Shown piece by piece: positions 49,806 to 59,978 of a DNA stretch of 64,000 nucleotides. The position numbers and the translations under genes are program-made. Origin of the DNA: a plasmid; assembly GCF_056712565.1 (NCBI RefSeq), contig NZ_JBWXXM010000004.1; one strand, 5' to 3'. The notes beneath the pieces are model-generated. The model searched no databases. It was not told the origin of the DNA and saw only the letters and a program-made list of their open reading frames with translations. The stretch's first letter is position 1. Each line of letters starts with the position of its first letter.

Positions 49806-50687
49806 TCAGCGTCCTGAATCGGTATACCCCCATACAAAACCAGGTTGGACACTAAGGTCTGATAGCTTTTCAATCCCCACCTGTGGAATGAAGTCGGTAG
49901 CCCGAAAGGGCACCCACAGACGGGTATACGCACCCTCTGTGGACTCCTTTGTATCCTGGTTTGGGCATTTGTGCGGCGGGAGACGAAGACGCATTTCGCC
50001 TTTATCGATGTAGCACGGTAAACCATGTTCGAGCTTTTCATGAGCCACCCGGATGTGTGCCGCCAGCTTCATAAATTCAGTATCAATGGCCATCCGTTTG
50101 ATCGTTTCATAACGACGCTCAGCCTGCTCTTCACGAGTACCGCTAACATCGTTATAAAGTTCACACTGATAAGCGAATTCCCAAAAACGCAAATCAACGA
50201 TCGCTTCTTTGAATTCCGCGTCGTCTTCAGGTGGCAATGCTGCACGGCGCATCTCCAGCATTTCCATTGCCCAACCATCAAGCGGCACGATACGCCATTG
50301 ATAAGGCACGCCCTCTACAGACACCTCAATATCGTCAATGAACGGTTCCACTTCCAGGACCTGGATATCTTCAGCCAGAGCATTCATATCGCAATCGTAA
50401 TAATGCTCTTTACCGCAATGTTTACAGGTGTAGGTGAATGTCTCGACCGGTGTTTCACGGGAGCCAGTAAATATCCACCATAACGCGGTAATCCGGTCCT
50501 GCGCCGTCCATGTCAGGGGATCATATTTCGCGGGTTCAGCCAGCAAGGCTTTTAAATACGCCGTTGTCTGTTGTTCTTGTTCCTCCGGTGTTATCGAGTT
50601 GAAACGCATCGCATCAGCAATATTTGGCTGACGGAACTGGATCAATTCAGTTGGCCGCGATGGTAGCGGGAAAAGAGGTAAAAGCAT
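49806..50687 (-). CDS. putative morphogenetic protein (pmgB-position), 293 aa
   Basis: ORF track; synteny. Confidence 0.35.
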   Translation of the reverse strand: MLLPLFPLPSRPTELIQFRQPNIADAMRFNSITPEEQEQQTTAYLKALLAEPAKYDPLTWTAQDRITALWWIFTGSRETPVETFTYTCKHCGKEHYYDCDMNALAEDIQVLEVEPFIDDIEVSVEGVPYQWRIVPLDGWAMEMLEMRRAALPPEDDAEFKEAIVDLRFWEFAYQCELYNDVSGTREEQAERRYETIKRMAIDTEFMKLAAHIRVAHEKLEHGLPCYIDKGEMRLRLPPHKCPNQDTKESTEGAYTRLWVPFRATDFIPQVGIEKLSDLSVQPGFVWGYTDSGR

Positions 50688-50701
50688 CCTTGCTCCTTAA
50701 T

Positions 50702-51313
50702 TTAAAGCGAAAAACTAAAGCCCAGAAGGGAAGCTAAAGAACTTGAGGATTGGTTAAACGTGCTGTGCAATGCGAAGGTCATTGGGAATGACTTAAATTC
50801 CGTAACCTGATCCCGCGCATAGGTGACATCGCCGGTAGTGACCGGGAATACCGTCATCTCATTTTCCAGTTTGGTTAAACCGGAGGACAGCAACCGATAA
50901 ATACGCACATTGAGCAAATATTTAGACGGTATATTCCCGGTACCGTCCGGATTGATCACCCGACTTTTTGCCGTCTTAAACCAGTCCAAAACGAGGCCAT
51001 CAACGGTATCCCTGACCATCATTGTTATCTGCCCAGGCGAACGCTCCGTTGGCTGAAGGATATTCCCTCCGCCGATTTTAATCGTTTCATATTCGATGCT
51101 GTAATCGTGGTAGGTAATGTCTTTAGCAAAGAAGTCTGCCCCCTCCAGACCATCAACTTCGACAGAGAACTGCCATCCTTGCGCGAACAGCATTTTGTTC
51201 ATGATGATTGACGTCAGCTTACCAACTTCCCGCTCACCAACGCCGGAGCCAAATAATGTCGTCGTTAATGCCGAAGATACATAAGACTTTACTGAAGCAA
51301 CATTAAGCCCCAT
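50702..51313 (-). CDS. tail tube protein (tub-position), 203 aa
   Basis: ORF track; synteny. Confidence 0.4.
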   Translation of the reverse strand: MGLNVASVKSYVSSALTTTLFGSGVGEREVGKLTSIIMNKMLFAQGWQFSVEVDGLEGADFFAKDITYHDYSIEYETIKIGGGNILQPTERSPGQITMMVRDTVDGLVLDWFKTAKSRVINPDGTGNIPSKYLLNVRIYRLLSSGLTKLENEMTVFPVTTGDVTYARDQVTEFKSFPMTFALHSTFNQSSSSLASLLGFSFSL

Positions 51314-51323
51314 ATCAGCCCCC

Positions 51324-51914
<591 letters not shown>

Positions 51915-52043
51915 TTACCCGATTCTACGAGTTGTCATTTGTTACCGGTCAGTCTACACATTTCAGATGCTGCGTTAAAAAACCCAAGTACTTCAAGTAG
52001 CACATCGTCATCAACACCCAGCCCCAAGATACGGTGATAAAAT

Positions 52044-53078
52044 TCAAGCCTTAAGAGGCTTTGTGTATGTTCGTGTAATCCATCCAGTAATAAACTCGTC
52101 CCCTGATTTAACCTGCACGAAAAGCCATTGGCGATCTTTTTTATCTAAAACAGCCACTATAGTATTTTTGCCAATGCATTCAATCACCTCACTATTTATA
52201 GAAGGACTGACGTGTAATCTTACGTTCTCACCAGTTATAAAACGAAAACCATTGAGATCTTCCCAACTAATTTCTTTGTTTTCTTTAATTAATTGTTGTT
52301 TTGATATTGGTTTATCCTCAAACAGAGATATAAAATATGATTCTGCCTTGTGTATTCCCAGCAAGGTTTTCTCTTTTCCGTAATCAATAAAAGCACCAAA
52401 CACAACTTGAGAAAATATAACCATTAGTAACCATTGCAGTGGATAAGGAAGCTCTTTAAATGAATCAACAAACTTTGAGCTAGGTTTATTTAATCCTTTA
52501 TTTTGAACATTACTTTTGGTGTGTGATGTTTCAGTAGCACCTTCAGCATAAGCCTGCGCAATAGATGAAATCCCCTGCTCTATTATTTGATGTAATGAAG
52601 CATTTCTTGTTCTAGCATAGTGATCTAGTACTTTCTTTATGTCTTGGCTTACATCTATTTTATAACTTGCACTTTGTTGTAATTCTTTAAGTATCGCTTG
52701 CATGTTATTTAAACCAGCTTGCTTATTAAGCACCTCAAGCTGTTTTCGTAATGGCATAGCTATTTCGGCCTGTTTCCTTAGCATTTGAATATATCTATTT
52801 GCATCATGAGGGAAAAGAGCCTGAGTCTGTTTCTGTAAAATCGCGATATGTTCACGATACTTGCTGCCTATTCCAGCCAAGTTCGGTATACTAGCCAATT
52901 GTTTTCGAAGAGAGTTACTAATTACAGCTTGTCTATTCAATCTTGGCATATTTTGAAAAGAATGTTTTTCTATTCCTAATTGTTTTTGCAAGATCGCTAC
53001 GTGATCTTTGTATGATGGAATGAGCACTGACTGTTTATACAGCAACTTCAACTCATTAGAATTAGTAATTTTTGTCAT
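52044..53078 (-). CDS. membrane-anchored protein with N-terminal ILQKQ-type repeats and C-terminal SH3-like domain (sim-position cluster)
   Basis: 344-aa; repeats HVAILQKQ / HIAILQKQ / LRKQ; TM segment LPYPLQWLLMVIFSQVVFGAFIDYG; C-terminal GENVRLHVSPSINSEVIECIGKNTIVAVLDKKDRQWLFVQVKSGDEFITGWITRTY; AT-rich codon usage. Confidence 0.5.
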   Translation of the reverse strand: MTKITNSNELKLLYKQSVLIPSYKDHVAILQKQLGIEKHSFQNMPRLNRQAVISNSLRKQLASIPNLAGIGSKYREHIAILQKQTQALFPHDANRYIQMLRKQAEIAMPLRKQLEVLNKQAGLNNMQAILKELQQSASYKIDVSQDIKKVLDHYARTRNASLHQIIEQGISSIAQAYAEGATETSHTKSNVQNKGLNKPSSKFVDSFKELPYPLQWLLMVIFSQVVFGAFIDYGKEKTLLGIHKAESYFISLFEDKPISKQQLIKENKEISWEDLNGFRFITGENVRLHVSPSINSEVIECIGKNTIVAVLDKKDRQWLFVQVKSGDEFITGWITRTYTKPLKA

Positions 53079-53152
53079 ATTATTCCATTTCTATAATAGA
53101 ATATTACGCAACCAATGTTTTATTGATTGCGTTAATCTTTAACACAGAAAGA

Positions 53153-53629
53153 TCATTTGCCTCGTTTAATACATCCATCCATTTTGGCTTGTTGATACAA
53201 CTTACTTAGCCCAGAAAGAGGGAATGTAGCAATTTTTTCATTATCAACATAAGCATCAATCATATTAGCATTTGAATCTGCTGCATCTTGCCAAAAGGCA
53301 TACCACCAAGAATCTCCAACCATTGATCCAAGATTGCTAAAAGGATATTGATCACCATCTATAGTTAATACTATTTTATTCTTGTCAGCATTATACTCTT
53401 TTTTATTATTCGACGAACTTAGCAACAAGCCTAAACTACCTGCACTATCTGGTGAACCATACATGAATCCCATATCACATAAAAAACTTATCTTATCACC
53501 ATTATGATTATGGATTGTATATTCTCTCCCCCCTCTCTCTTCAATTACATTCCATTGTAGAGGATCAATTTTTGCAAATGTTCCTGCTGAAACTAACGAT
53601 ACAAATAATAAAAACCATCTCATATTCAT
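53153..53629 (-). CDS. secreted/periplasmic protein with signal peptide (sim-position cluster)
   Basis: N-terminus MNMRWFLLFVSLVSAGTFAKIDP (n-h-c signal peptide with AxA-like cleavage context). Confidence 0.5.
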   Translation of the reverse strand: MNMRWFLLFVSLVSAGTFAKIDPLQWNVIEERGGREYTIHNHNGDKISFLCDMGFMYGSPDSAGSLGLLLSSSNNKKEYNADKNKIVLTIDGDQYPFSNLGSMVGDSWWYAFWQDAADSNANMIDAYVDNEKIATFPLSGLSKLYQQAKMDGCIKRGK

Positions 53630-53651
53630 TCTTTTCGCTTCTTATCTGTAA

Positions 53652-54002
53652 TTATTCTGCAATATCATTTGCCCATTGCACGGCAGCAAAATGAGTACCC
53701 AAACCACTCAGGAAAGCAATTACCCCCAAAACAATACTTGCTGCTGTTGATTCAAACAAAGTACCAATACTATAGCCAATAGCTCCCCATACTAAGCTAA
53801 ATACAATCATCAATGGTATTGCTAGAAATTTTATTCTTAAACTAAAAATCAGTCCAAGAAAAGAACCGCCAAAGGCCCACCATGATTTAGACATTAAACC
53901 TATCAGTATTGACAGAATTCCTATTTCAATAAAGAGAATATTAGATTGCTCTTCATTGAATTTCGCATTTGTTACACCTTTACGAACATGTTCAGATGAC
54001 AT
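53652..54002 (-). CDS. small polytopic membrane protein (sim-position cluster)
   Basis: 116-aa, three hydrophobic helices (ILFIEIGILSILIGLM, FLGLIFSLRIKFLAIPLMIVFSLVWGAIGY, AASIVLGVIAFLSGLG). Confidence 0.45.
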   Translation of the reverse strand: MSSEHVRKGVTNAKFNEEQSNILFIEIGILSILIGLMSKSWWAFGGSFLGLIFSLRIKFLAIPLMIVFSLVWGAIGYSIGTLFESTAASIVLGVIAFLSGLGTHFAAVQWANDIAE

Positions 54003-54148
54003 GATTAACTATCTCCTGCCACAGATAAAACGCCTTAAAATAACATTTTGTAGCATAAAGTTTCACCATGCAATGGTCAAAATCTTTGACCCATATCAAT
54101 TAAACTCATACATTTTAGTTACCAGAGAAATAATTTACATGGTTGCAA

Positions 54149-54165
54149 GTTGCTCTAATTATTTT
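54149..54165 (+). promoter_or_regulatory. C1 operator-like 17-mer in the promoter region of the sim-position cluster
   Basis: gttgctctaattatttt, 14/17. Confidence 0.4.
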
Positions 54166-54292
54166 ATTTTTTTAGCTTCATATGCTACATTAACTTGCTT
54201 GCGTGCTAATGCATTTTCGGTTTATCCTAAACAGGCATCTTAGTAAAACGGATGCCGGGATTGGAACCCCGGATAATGCAAAAGGCGACATA

Positions 54293-54314
54293 GACGCCAA
54301 AAGCGTCTTTTTTT
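54293..54314 (+). terminator. intrinsic terminator on the plus strand with no protein gene upstream
   Basis: gacgc caaaa gcgtc followed by T7. Confidence 0.5.
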
Positions 54315-54717
54315 GTGTCATGCCATCGCACAACCATACGTAGCACATAGCTCCGAGATCAATGGTAGTGCTGGCTGGGCTGCCGAAAGGCAGGCCGGTT
54401 CCCTTTTGCGCCGGTAGTTCCAACCCAGTCAGTGCTACCGCCATTGAGATTGGAACCTCACGCGGTAGCTCCTTAAATTAGCAAAAGGAGGCTGCCATTG
54501 TGGCTACTATCCCTACCCCTACTCATCCTGAATTTATCTGGCGCTTTTACTCCTGCCAAAAACACCACTATCACTTCGTTATCGCAGCAACAGAAGACGA
54601 AGCACGCTCTCAATTGCCTGATGGCCCCTGCATTTTTACTGCCCGTTTTTCAACTAACTCGCGCAATTCACTTAGTTACTGGAGCCTCCCCTTCTCTGCC
54701 GACGTTCAGGGGGGTTT

Positions 54718-55755
54718 ATGAAAACACCTCTCGTCACCCGTAATGAAATAGCCGAAGCGATCGCCTTGCATACTGCCTGTATGCCGACACGGGAGATCCC
54801 CGGCGCAATTGCTAACTATTTCATGATAACCAGACGTTTTTATACCCGAACAGATAAGGCTGTGATCAACAGGCTACTGATAGCCGAGATCAGGGATTAT
54901 TTGATTGAACAAGGACGTCTACGTTACGCAACAGTGGCAGCAGAAATGAGAAAGGAGGCACATAGAATGACCGGTAATAATTTAAATGTTGAAAAAACAG
55001 CACCTGTTGCTTCAGCTACGCCATCACCAGCTGTGAATGTTATCTCCAACACTGGAGACACAATCGACAGCCAGACACTGTTAAAGATGGTCAATGAAGC
55101 GCGTAAGTTATGTGGGGAACCAGAGGTTCGGAACAACAAATTCATCGAAAAAATACTCGATGAGCTTGATGGTGAGCACTACACAAAAAGTGTAGTGGAA
55201 AAAATGAACAAAACATCAATGCTTGTCATAACCATGACTTTCAAACAAGCCCTGCGAGTCGCCGCGCGCGAGTCAAAAGCGGTCCGCCGTTCGCTGATCG
55301 ACAAACTGGAAGAATTACAGCAGGCAAACTCCCCTACCCCATCGATCCCCCAGACATTACCAGAAGCCCTACGCCTGGCTGCCGAGTTAGCAGAACAGAA
55401 AATGCAGTTGGAACAACAGCTGGTGGCCGCAGCCCCTAAAGTCGATTTTGCCGACCGGGTATCAGTGGCCAATGGAATCCTGATCGGGAACTTTGCAAAG
55501 GTCGTTGGACTTAAGCAAAACGCCCTTTTCTCATGGTTGCGCCAGAACGGCATTCTCATGGCTTTTGGTGCGCGCAAAAACGTACCGCGCCAGCAGTACA
55601 TTAACGCCGGGTATTTCACGGTGAAAGAAGTGGTGCTGGATGATGAAAATGGCTACCAGATACGGCTGACGCCCCAATTAACGGGTAAAGGCCAGCAGTG
55701 GTTAACTCGCAAGCTACTTGATGCTGGTTTGTTAAAACCAGTAGCAATAGGTTAA
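54718..55755 (+). CDS. KilAC-domain antirepressor-like protein (rlfA-position)
   Basis: 345-aa; C-terminal 130 aa (PQTLPEALRLAAELAEQK...GKGQQWLTRKLLDAGLL) paralogous to the C-terminus of the next gene; GGGG-ATG start context. Confidence 0.55.
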   Translation: MKTPLVTRNEIAEAIALHTACMPTREIPGAIANYFMITRRFYTRTDKAVINRLLIAEIRDYLIEQGRLRYATVAAEMRKEAHRMTGNNLNVEKTAPVASATPSPAVNVISNTGDTIDSQTLLKMVNEARKLCGEPEVRNNKFIEKILDELDGEHYTKSVVEKMNKTSMLVITMTFKQALRVAARESKAVRRSLIDKLEELQQANSPTPSIPQTLPEALRLAAELAEQKMQLEQQLVAAAPKVDFADRVSVANGILIGNFAKVVGLKQNALFSWLRQNGILMAFGARKNVPRQQYINAGYFTVKEVVLDDENGYQIRLTPQLTGKGQQWLTRKLLDAGLLKPVAIG

Positions 55756-55776
55756 CAAAAGAAAAAACCTGCCAGC

Positions 55777-55800
55777 AAACTGGCAGGTTTCTGAGCAGAT
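55777..55800 (+). terminator. intrinsic terminator after rlfA-position gene
   Basis: A6 cctgccag caaa ctggcagg tttctg. Confidence 0.65.
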
Positions 55801-55832
55801 CGTCCAACCCGATCTGGATCGGGTCAGAAAAA

Positions 55833-55849
55833 TTTGCTCTAATAAATTT
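55833..55849 (+). promoter_or_regulatory. C1 operator upstream of rlfB-position gene
   Basis: tttgctctaataaattt, 16/17 to consensus. Confidence 0.55.
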
Positions 55850-55918
55850 CGTTTTCTAAGTGCAAAGAATCACCTTTTCGAGCTGGTGATTGAAGGTTGA
55901 TGCAAATTTGGAGAAAAA

Positions 55919-56719
55919 ATGCAACAAACATTCAATGCGGATATGAATATATCAAACCTTCATCAAAATGTCGATCCTTCAACCACTCTGCCTGTTATTT
56001 GTGGTGTTGAAATTACGACCGACCGCGCTGGCCGTTACAACCTTAATGCTCTACACAGAGCGAGCGGACTCGGTGCCCATAAAGCGCCAGCTCAATGGCT
56101 AAGAACGCTGTCAGCCAAACAGCTTATCGAAGAGCTTGAAAAAGAAACTATGCAGAATTGCATAGTTTCGTTCGAAGGCCGTGGCGGCGGTACGTTTGCC
56201 CATGAATTGCTCGCTGTGGAGTACGCAGGCTGGATTTCTCCCGCGTTTCGGCTGAAGGTAAACCAGACATTTATCGACTATCGAGCCGGAAGATTACAAC
56301 CTGCTATTCCGCAGAGTCTCCCTGAAGCTCTCCGTTTGGCTGCCGACCTGGCAGAGCAAAAGCAACGGCTGGAGCAAAAAATGCTTATGGATGCGCCTAA
56401 AGTCGAATTCGCCGAACGCGTTGCTACCGCCAGCGGGGTTCTAATCGGCAACTATGCCAAAGTGCTCGGCCTGGGCCAAAACTATCTCTTCACCTGGTTG
56501 CGTGATAACGGAATTCTGATCGCAACCGGTGAACGCAGGAACGTCCCCAAACAAGAATACATATCCCGTGGGTATTTCACCCTTAAAGAAACCGTGATCG
56601 ATACAAGCAATGGAAGCAGGATTTCTTTCACGACTCGTATAACCGGCAAAGGTCAGCAGTGGCTGATGAAGCGATTGCTTGATGCTGGTGTGCTGGTACC
56701 TGTCGCGGCAACGCGCTAA
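55919..56719 (+). CDS. KilA-N / KilAC antirepressor-like protein (rlfB-position)
   Basis: 266-aa; N-terminal KilA-N-like region (GRYNLNALHRASGLGAHKAPAQWLRT) plus KilAC-like C-terminus shared with the preceding gene. Confidence 0.55.
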   Translation: MQQTFNADMNISNLHQNVDPSTTLPVICGVEITTDRAGRYNLNALHRASGLGAHKAPAQWLRTLSAKQLIEELEKETMQNCIVSFEGRGGGTFAHELLAVEYAGWISPAFRLKVNQTFIDYRAGRLQPAIPQSLPEALRLAADLAEQKQRLEQKMLMDAPKVEFAERVATASGVLIGNYAKVLGLGQNYLFTWLRDNGILIATGERRNVPKQEYISRGYFTLKETVIDTSNGSRISFTTRITGKGQQWLMKRLLDAGVLVPVAATR

Positions 56720-56748
56720 CAGACGTAGTAAGAACCACCAGCATTGTA

Positions 56749-57594
56749 ATGCTGGCTAAAGTCACTTTCCTGAGCTGTATAACGATGAGCGATTTTACTT
56801 TTTCTGGCTATGAATTGGCCTGCTTTGTAACACACTCCGGTCTATCTCGTAGCGCCGGGCATATCCTGTCGCAATGTGCAAATCTAGCGGCAACAACCAG
56901 TGAATACTTCATTCACAAGCCTCACCGCCTGATCGCGGCAGAAACTGGTTATAGCCAATCAACCGTCGTTCGTGCATTCCGTGAAGCTGTAAACAAAGGA
57001 ATTCTGTCTGTAGAGATTGTTATCGGCGATCACCATGAACGTCGTGCTAACCTGTACCGGTTTACACCATCCTTTTTGGCCTTCGCACAACAAGCCAAAA
57101 ATGCGCTGATTGAAAGCAAATTAAAGATCTCTTCAGCGGCAACCAAGGTTAAAGCTGTTCTCGCTAAGACATTGGCTTTATTTAATTTTTTATCCACACC
57201 CCCATGTCAAAATGATACCCCCTCCCCCTGTCAGGATGACGTGGCAATAAAGAATAAGAAGTCACAAGTTAAAAAAACAAAAAGATCAGTTTCCGGCGGT
57301 GCCGGAACGACCAGACTCAAAAAATTGACTTCATGGATCGCTGAGGTAAAAGCAAAGGCTGACAATCTGCGGTTATCCAAAAAACGCGCTCAAAAACATG
57401 AGTTCAAGCAGAAAGTAGAGGCGGCAGCGCGGAAATATGCTTACCTGAAGAACAAGCGTTCTCCTGATATTGGCGGGGTATCAAACTTCGATAATCTGCC
57501 GCATTGCATGACGGTAAACGAAGCTCTTAATGCGGTTTTAGCCAAAAATAAAGATAACGAACAATGGGGTATACCGGCAGGATTCAGAGGGTGA
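56749..57594 (+). CDS. putative DNA-binding protein with N-terminal winged-helix/HTH (pmgF-position)
   Basis: 281-aa; HTH-like GYSQSTVVRAFREAVNKGIL; Lys-rich C-terminal half. Confidence 0.4.
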   Translation: MLAKVTFLSCITMSDFTFSGYELACFVTHSGLSRSAGHILSQCANLAATTSEYFIHKPHRLIAAETGYSQSTVVRAFREAVNKGILSVEIVIGDHHERRANLYRFTPSFLAFAQQAKNALIESKLKISSAATKVKAVLAKTLALFNFLSTPPCQNDTPSPCQDDVAIKNKKSQVKKTKRSVSGGAGTTRLKKLTSWIAEVKAKADNLRLSKKRAQKHEFKQKVEAAARKYAYLKNKRSPDIGGVSNFDNLPHCMTVNEALNAVLAKNKDNEQWGIPAGFRG

Positions 57595-57890
57595 TAGATT
57601 GCTCTAATCTGGAGTCACCTGGCGTTTTCAGTTTGAGGTCGGAGATGCAATCTGATTTTTTACAGTTAGCGATCGCTTTTGCAGGATATGTTTGTATTGG
57701 CTTCTGTGTATACATGATCAGCCGAAAAATGCTTGTCGATATCGACCGCAAAGAACGAGCAGAGGAGATCTTAGTATGGATTTTCTTTGGCGCGGTCTGG
57801 CCATTAGGGATCATGTTTGCTGCTACATTTCTTCTGATGTGGATATTCACCCTTCCAGGTGATTTCTATAGAAAAAAAGCCAGACATTGA
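57564..57890 (+). CDS. small membrane protein (probable true start ATG 57645), preceded by an ATTGCTCTAAT operator half-match at 57598
   Basis: MQSDFLQLAIAFAGYVCIGFCVYMI...WIFFGAVWPLGIMFAATFLLMWIF: two or three TM helices. Confidence 0.4.
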   Translation: MGYTGRIQRVIDCSNLESPGVFSLRSEMQSDFLQLAIAFAGYVCIGFCVYMISRKMLVDIDRKERAEEILVWIFFGAVWPLGIMFAATFLLMWIFTLPGDFYRKKARH

Positions 57891-58072
57891 TACAATCGTT
57901 GCGGGTGCTTGAGGCTATCTGCTTCAGGCATTACCCGAAAAGCAGATAGAAGAAAGCCCCAGATAACATTACGCGTCCTGCAAGACGCTTAACATTAATC
58001 TGAGGCCATATCTATGCTTAGCATACGTAGATTAACCCTCTCCCATTTTAAGGAGCAAGGAATTTTTTACTG

Positions 58073-58705
58073 CTATGCCGCATTTCCAATTATGGATTCA
58101 GCGACCAGAACAACCCCATGCTTACTTCGATCTGGGTGTTCACTCCATATCTCGGATTCAGGAATACTTACCCCGTCATAGCAAACACGTTCGCCGTCAA
58201 ACGGGTAATACTGAGCGGCATCGGTGTCGAGGATAAACACTTTTAGCTCGGAAGAGCGACGGGCGATATGTTGCCAAAGAGCTTTTCCACCTTCGTATTG
58301 CTCATTATCACTGAGCAAAACAACACCAGCTTTTGAGGCTACGGTTTCGTAAACAAAAGTAGCTAAACCGACATCCCGGACAGTTCCATCAACCACGATA
58401 CCTTCAATCTGGGCAACATCGCTATCCTCCCAGAACTTCCTTACCAGTACGCCTTCAAGCTGCGGGCGACGTTGAAGTTCAAGAGTAGCGACAACCTTAT
58501 GCCGCATATCACCATCGATAACAGAAGGCGCAGCCTCTATTACAGCTGCAAATGGGGTTTTGGAATCCCATATAACCTGGTAAAGCACACCCTGGATGGT
58601 AACTCCGTCCAGGATCGAAAATCGACGAGCGACAGTACCCGGGGAGTACGACATTGGAATCACAGCCATTTTAGAGTCCCCCTTTAACAGTACAGGCACA
58701 AACAT
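58073..58705 (-). CDS. hypothetical structural-block protein (210 aa)
   Basis: ORF track; AT-rich promoter-like region upstream. Confidence 0.35.
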   Translation of the reverse strand: MFVPVLLKGDSKMAVIPMSYSPGTVARRFSILDGVTIQGVLYQVIWDSKTPFAAVIEAAPSVIDGDMRHKVVATLELQRRPQLEGVLVRKFWEDSDVAQIEGIVVDGTVRDVGLATFVYETVASKAGVVLLSDNEQYEGGKALWQHIARRSSELKVFILDTDAAQYYPFDGERVCYDGVSIPESEIWSEHPDRSKHGVVLVAESIIGNAA

Positions 58706-58800
58706 CTACCTCAATAATTGTAGTTTATTAGAACATTAATAATCTAACATAAAACTCCAGACAATGTTATCGATGCATGTTTATATAAAATAGTTATAAA

Positions 58801-58822
58801 AAAAGCTCCCGAAGGAGCTTTA
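58801..58822 (-). terminator. bidirectional intrinsic terminator
   Basis: A7 agctcc cgaa ggagct ttaaaa; on the minus strand the hairpin is followed by T7. Confidence 0.65.
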
Positions 58823-58840
58823 AAATACAAGGGATGACTC

Positions 58841-59350
58841 TTAATCCCACTCAATCCAGTTGTAGACGATACGAAGTGACGGGCGCACAGCGGCAGTCAC
58901 ATCTTCGGTACTAAAGTCGATTGCATCACTGTAGATTTTGCAGTCCAACATTTCAATTGTTGTAGCAGCTTTTGTTACAGCGTTAACCCCGGAAGATTTG
59001 GATTCAGGGGTAGCAGCCATCGTGATATCAACATAGTCCTTCGCCGCAATGCGATCCTTGATGAACTGAAGAATATCGCCTTCGATAGTCTCCACGCACT
59101 GGACCTGGATTTCCCCAGAGTTTCGAATTGGTCCGTGCTGGTTGAACTTCACACCATTCGGACCATAGTCCTCCACATCCTCGCGGGTCATTTCAGGAAT
59201 TTGCGACGTGCGAACCAGTACGCTGATATCTTCATGGCCTGCAAAAGTGAGCTGGAATTCAGAAGATACCAGTCGTTCGCCTTTGGCCGCGTTGGCAGTA
59301 TAGCGGCCCTTAATAAATTTACGGTTTCCCTTAGTGTTATTGTGCCCCAT
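58841..59350 (-). CDS. tail/baseplate structural protein (169 aa)
   Basis: ORF track; synteny with P1 bplB/pmgG/21 block. Confidence 0.35.
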   Translation of the reverse strand: MGHNNTKGNRKFIKGRYTANAAKGERLVSSEFQLTFAGHEDISVLVRTSQIPEMTREDVEDYGPNGVKFNQHGPIRNSGEIQVQCVETIEGDILQFIKDRIAAKDYVDITMAATPESKSSGVNAVTKAATTIEMLDCKIYSDAIDFSTEDVTAAVRPSLRIVYNWIEWD

Positions 59351-59361
59351 ATAAAATCCTT

Positions 59362-59943
59362 TTACTGGAACGCCCGAACAATATCGGAGCTGTTATATAT
59401 CGAAGAACCGGTCAACTGGAGGTTGACGGTGTTTTTCAGGAAATATCCATTACTGTCCCTTGGCGCATCGAGATCAAAACTTAAGTCCTGGATAGCGACA
59501 TCGGTGATGTTGATCCGGCGACCAATGTTTAGCGTCACACGTTCCGGGATTCGACCACCAACATTGGCCGCTTTTAGTTCCGGGCTAATCATGGCTGTCA
59601 ACGCGGCGATAGCGCCTGAAACTTCAATGAATGGATTGTTCAAAGCAATGAAAGTTACGGGCAGCGTGAACGTCGGCGGTGTCCCCCCTTCCCAAACCAT
59701 TAAGCTGTTCCAACGGGCAACCGACGTTGTTTCAGTACCTACTTGCACAAACCCCCCCAGAGCGCCAGAAACAGACCCCATGGACATACCAGTAAACGGT
59801 GCTTCCCAATTCTGGGCCATGTTCATTGCCGCCCCCTGGCTGATATATCCGGTAACCTGATACTGAGAGTTCGTTAAAGTAACTTTCAGAAATGGCGATA
59901 CACCGTCAGCCTGGCTGTAAACCCCATAAGGTATAGGTGCCAT
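59362..59943 (-). CDS. tail/baseplate structural protein (193 aa)
   Basis: ORF track; synteny. Confidence 0.35.
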   Translation of the reverse strand: MAPIPYGVYSQADGVSPFLKVTLTNSQYQVTGYISQGAAMNMAQNWEAPFTGMSMGSVSGALGGFVQVGTETTSVARWNSLMVWEGGTPPTFTLPVTFIALNNPFIEVSGAIAALTAMISPELKAANVGGRIPERVTLNIGRRINITDVAIQDLSFDLDAPRDSNGYFLKNTVNLQLTGSSIYNSSDIVRAFQ

Positions 59944-59978
59944 TCAAGTTAAAGGCCGGAGTTCTCCGGCCTCCTCCT

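Noticed and set aside
54240-54480. tRNA genes (P1, as I recall, has tRNA genes between sim and rlfA)
   Set aside because: The two GGTTCCAATCC-like hairpins resemble T-arms but have 8-nt loops, no pairing acceptor stems, no D-arm and no Asn/Thr anticodon loops; I could not build a cloverleaf on either strand. Needs tRNAscan to be sure.
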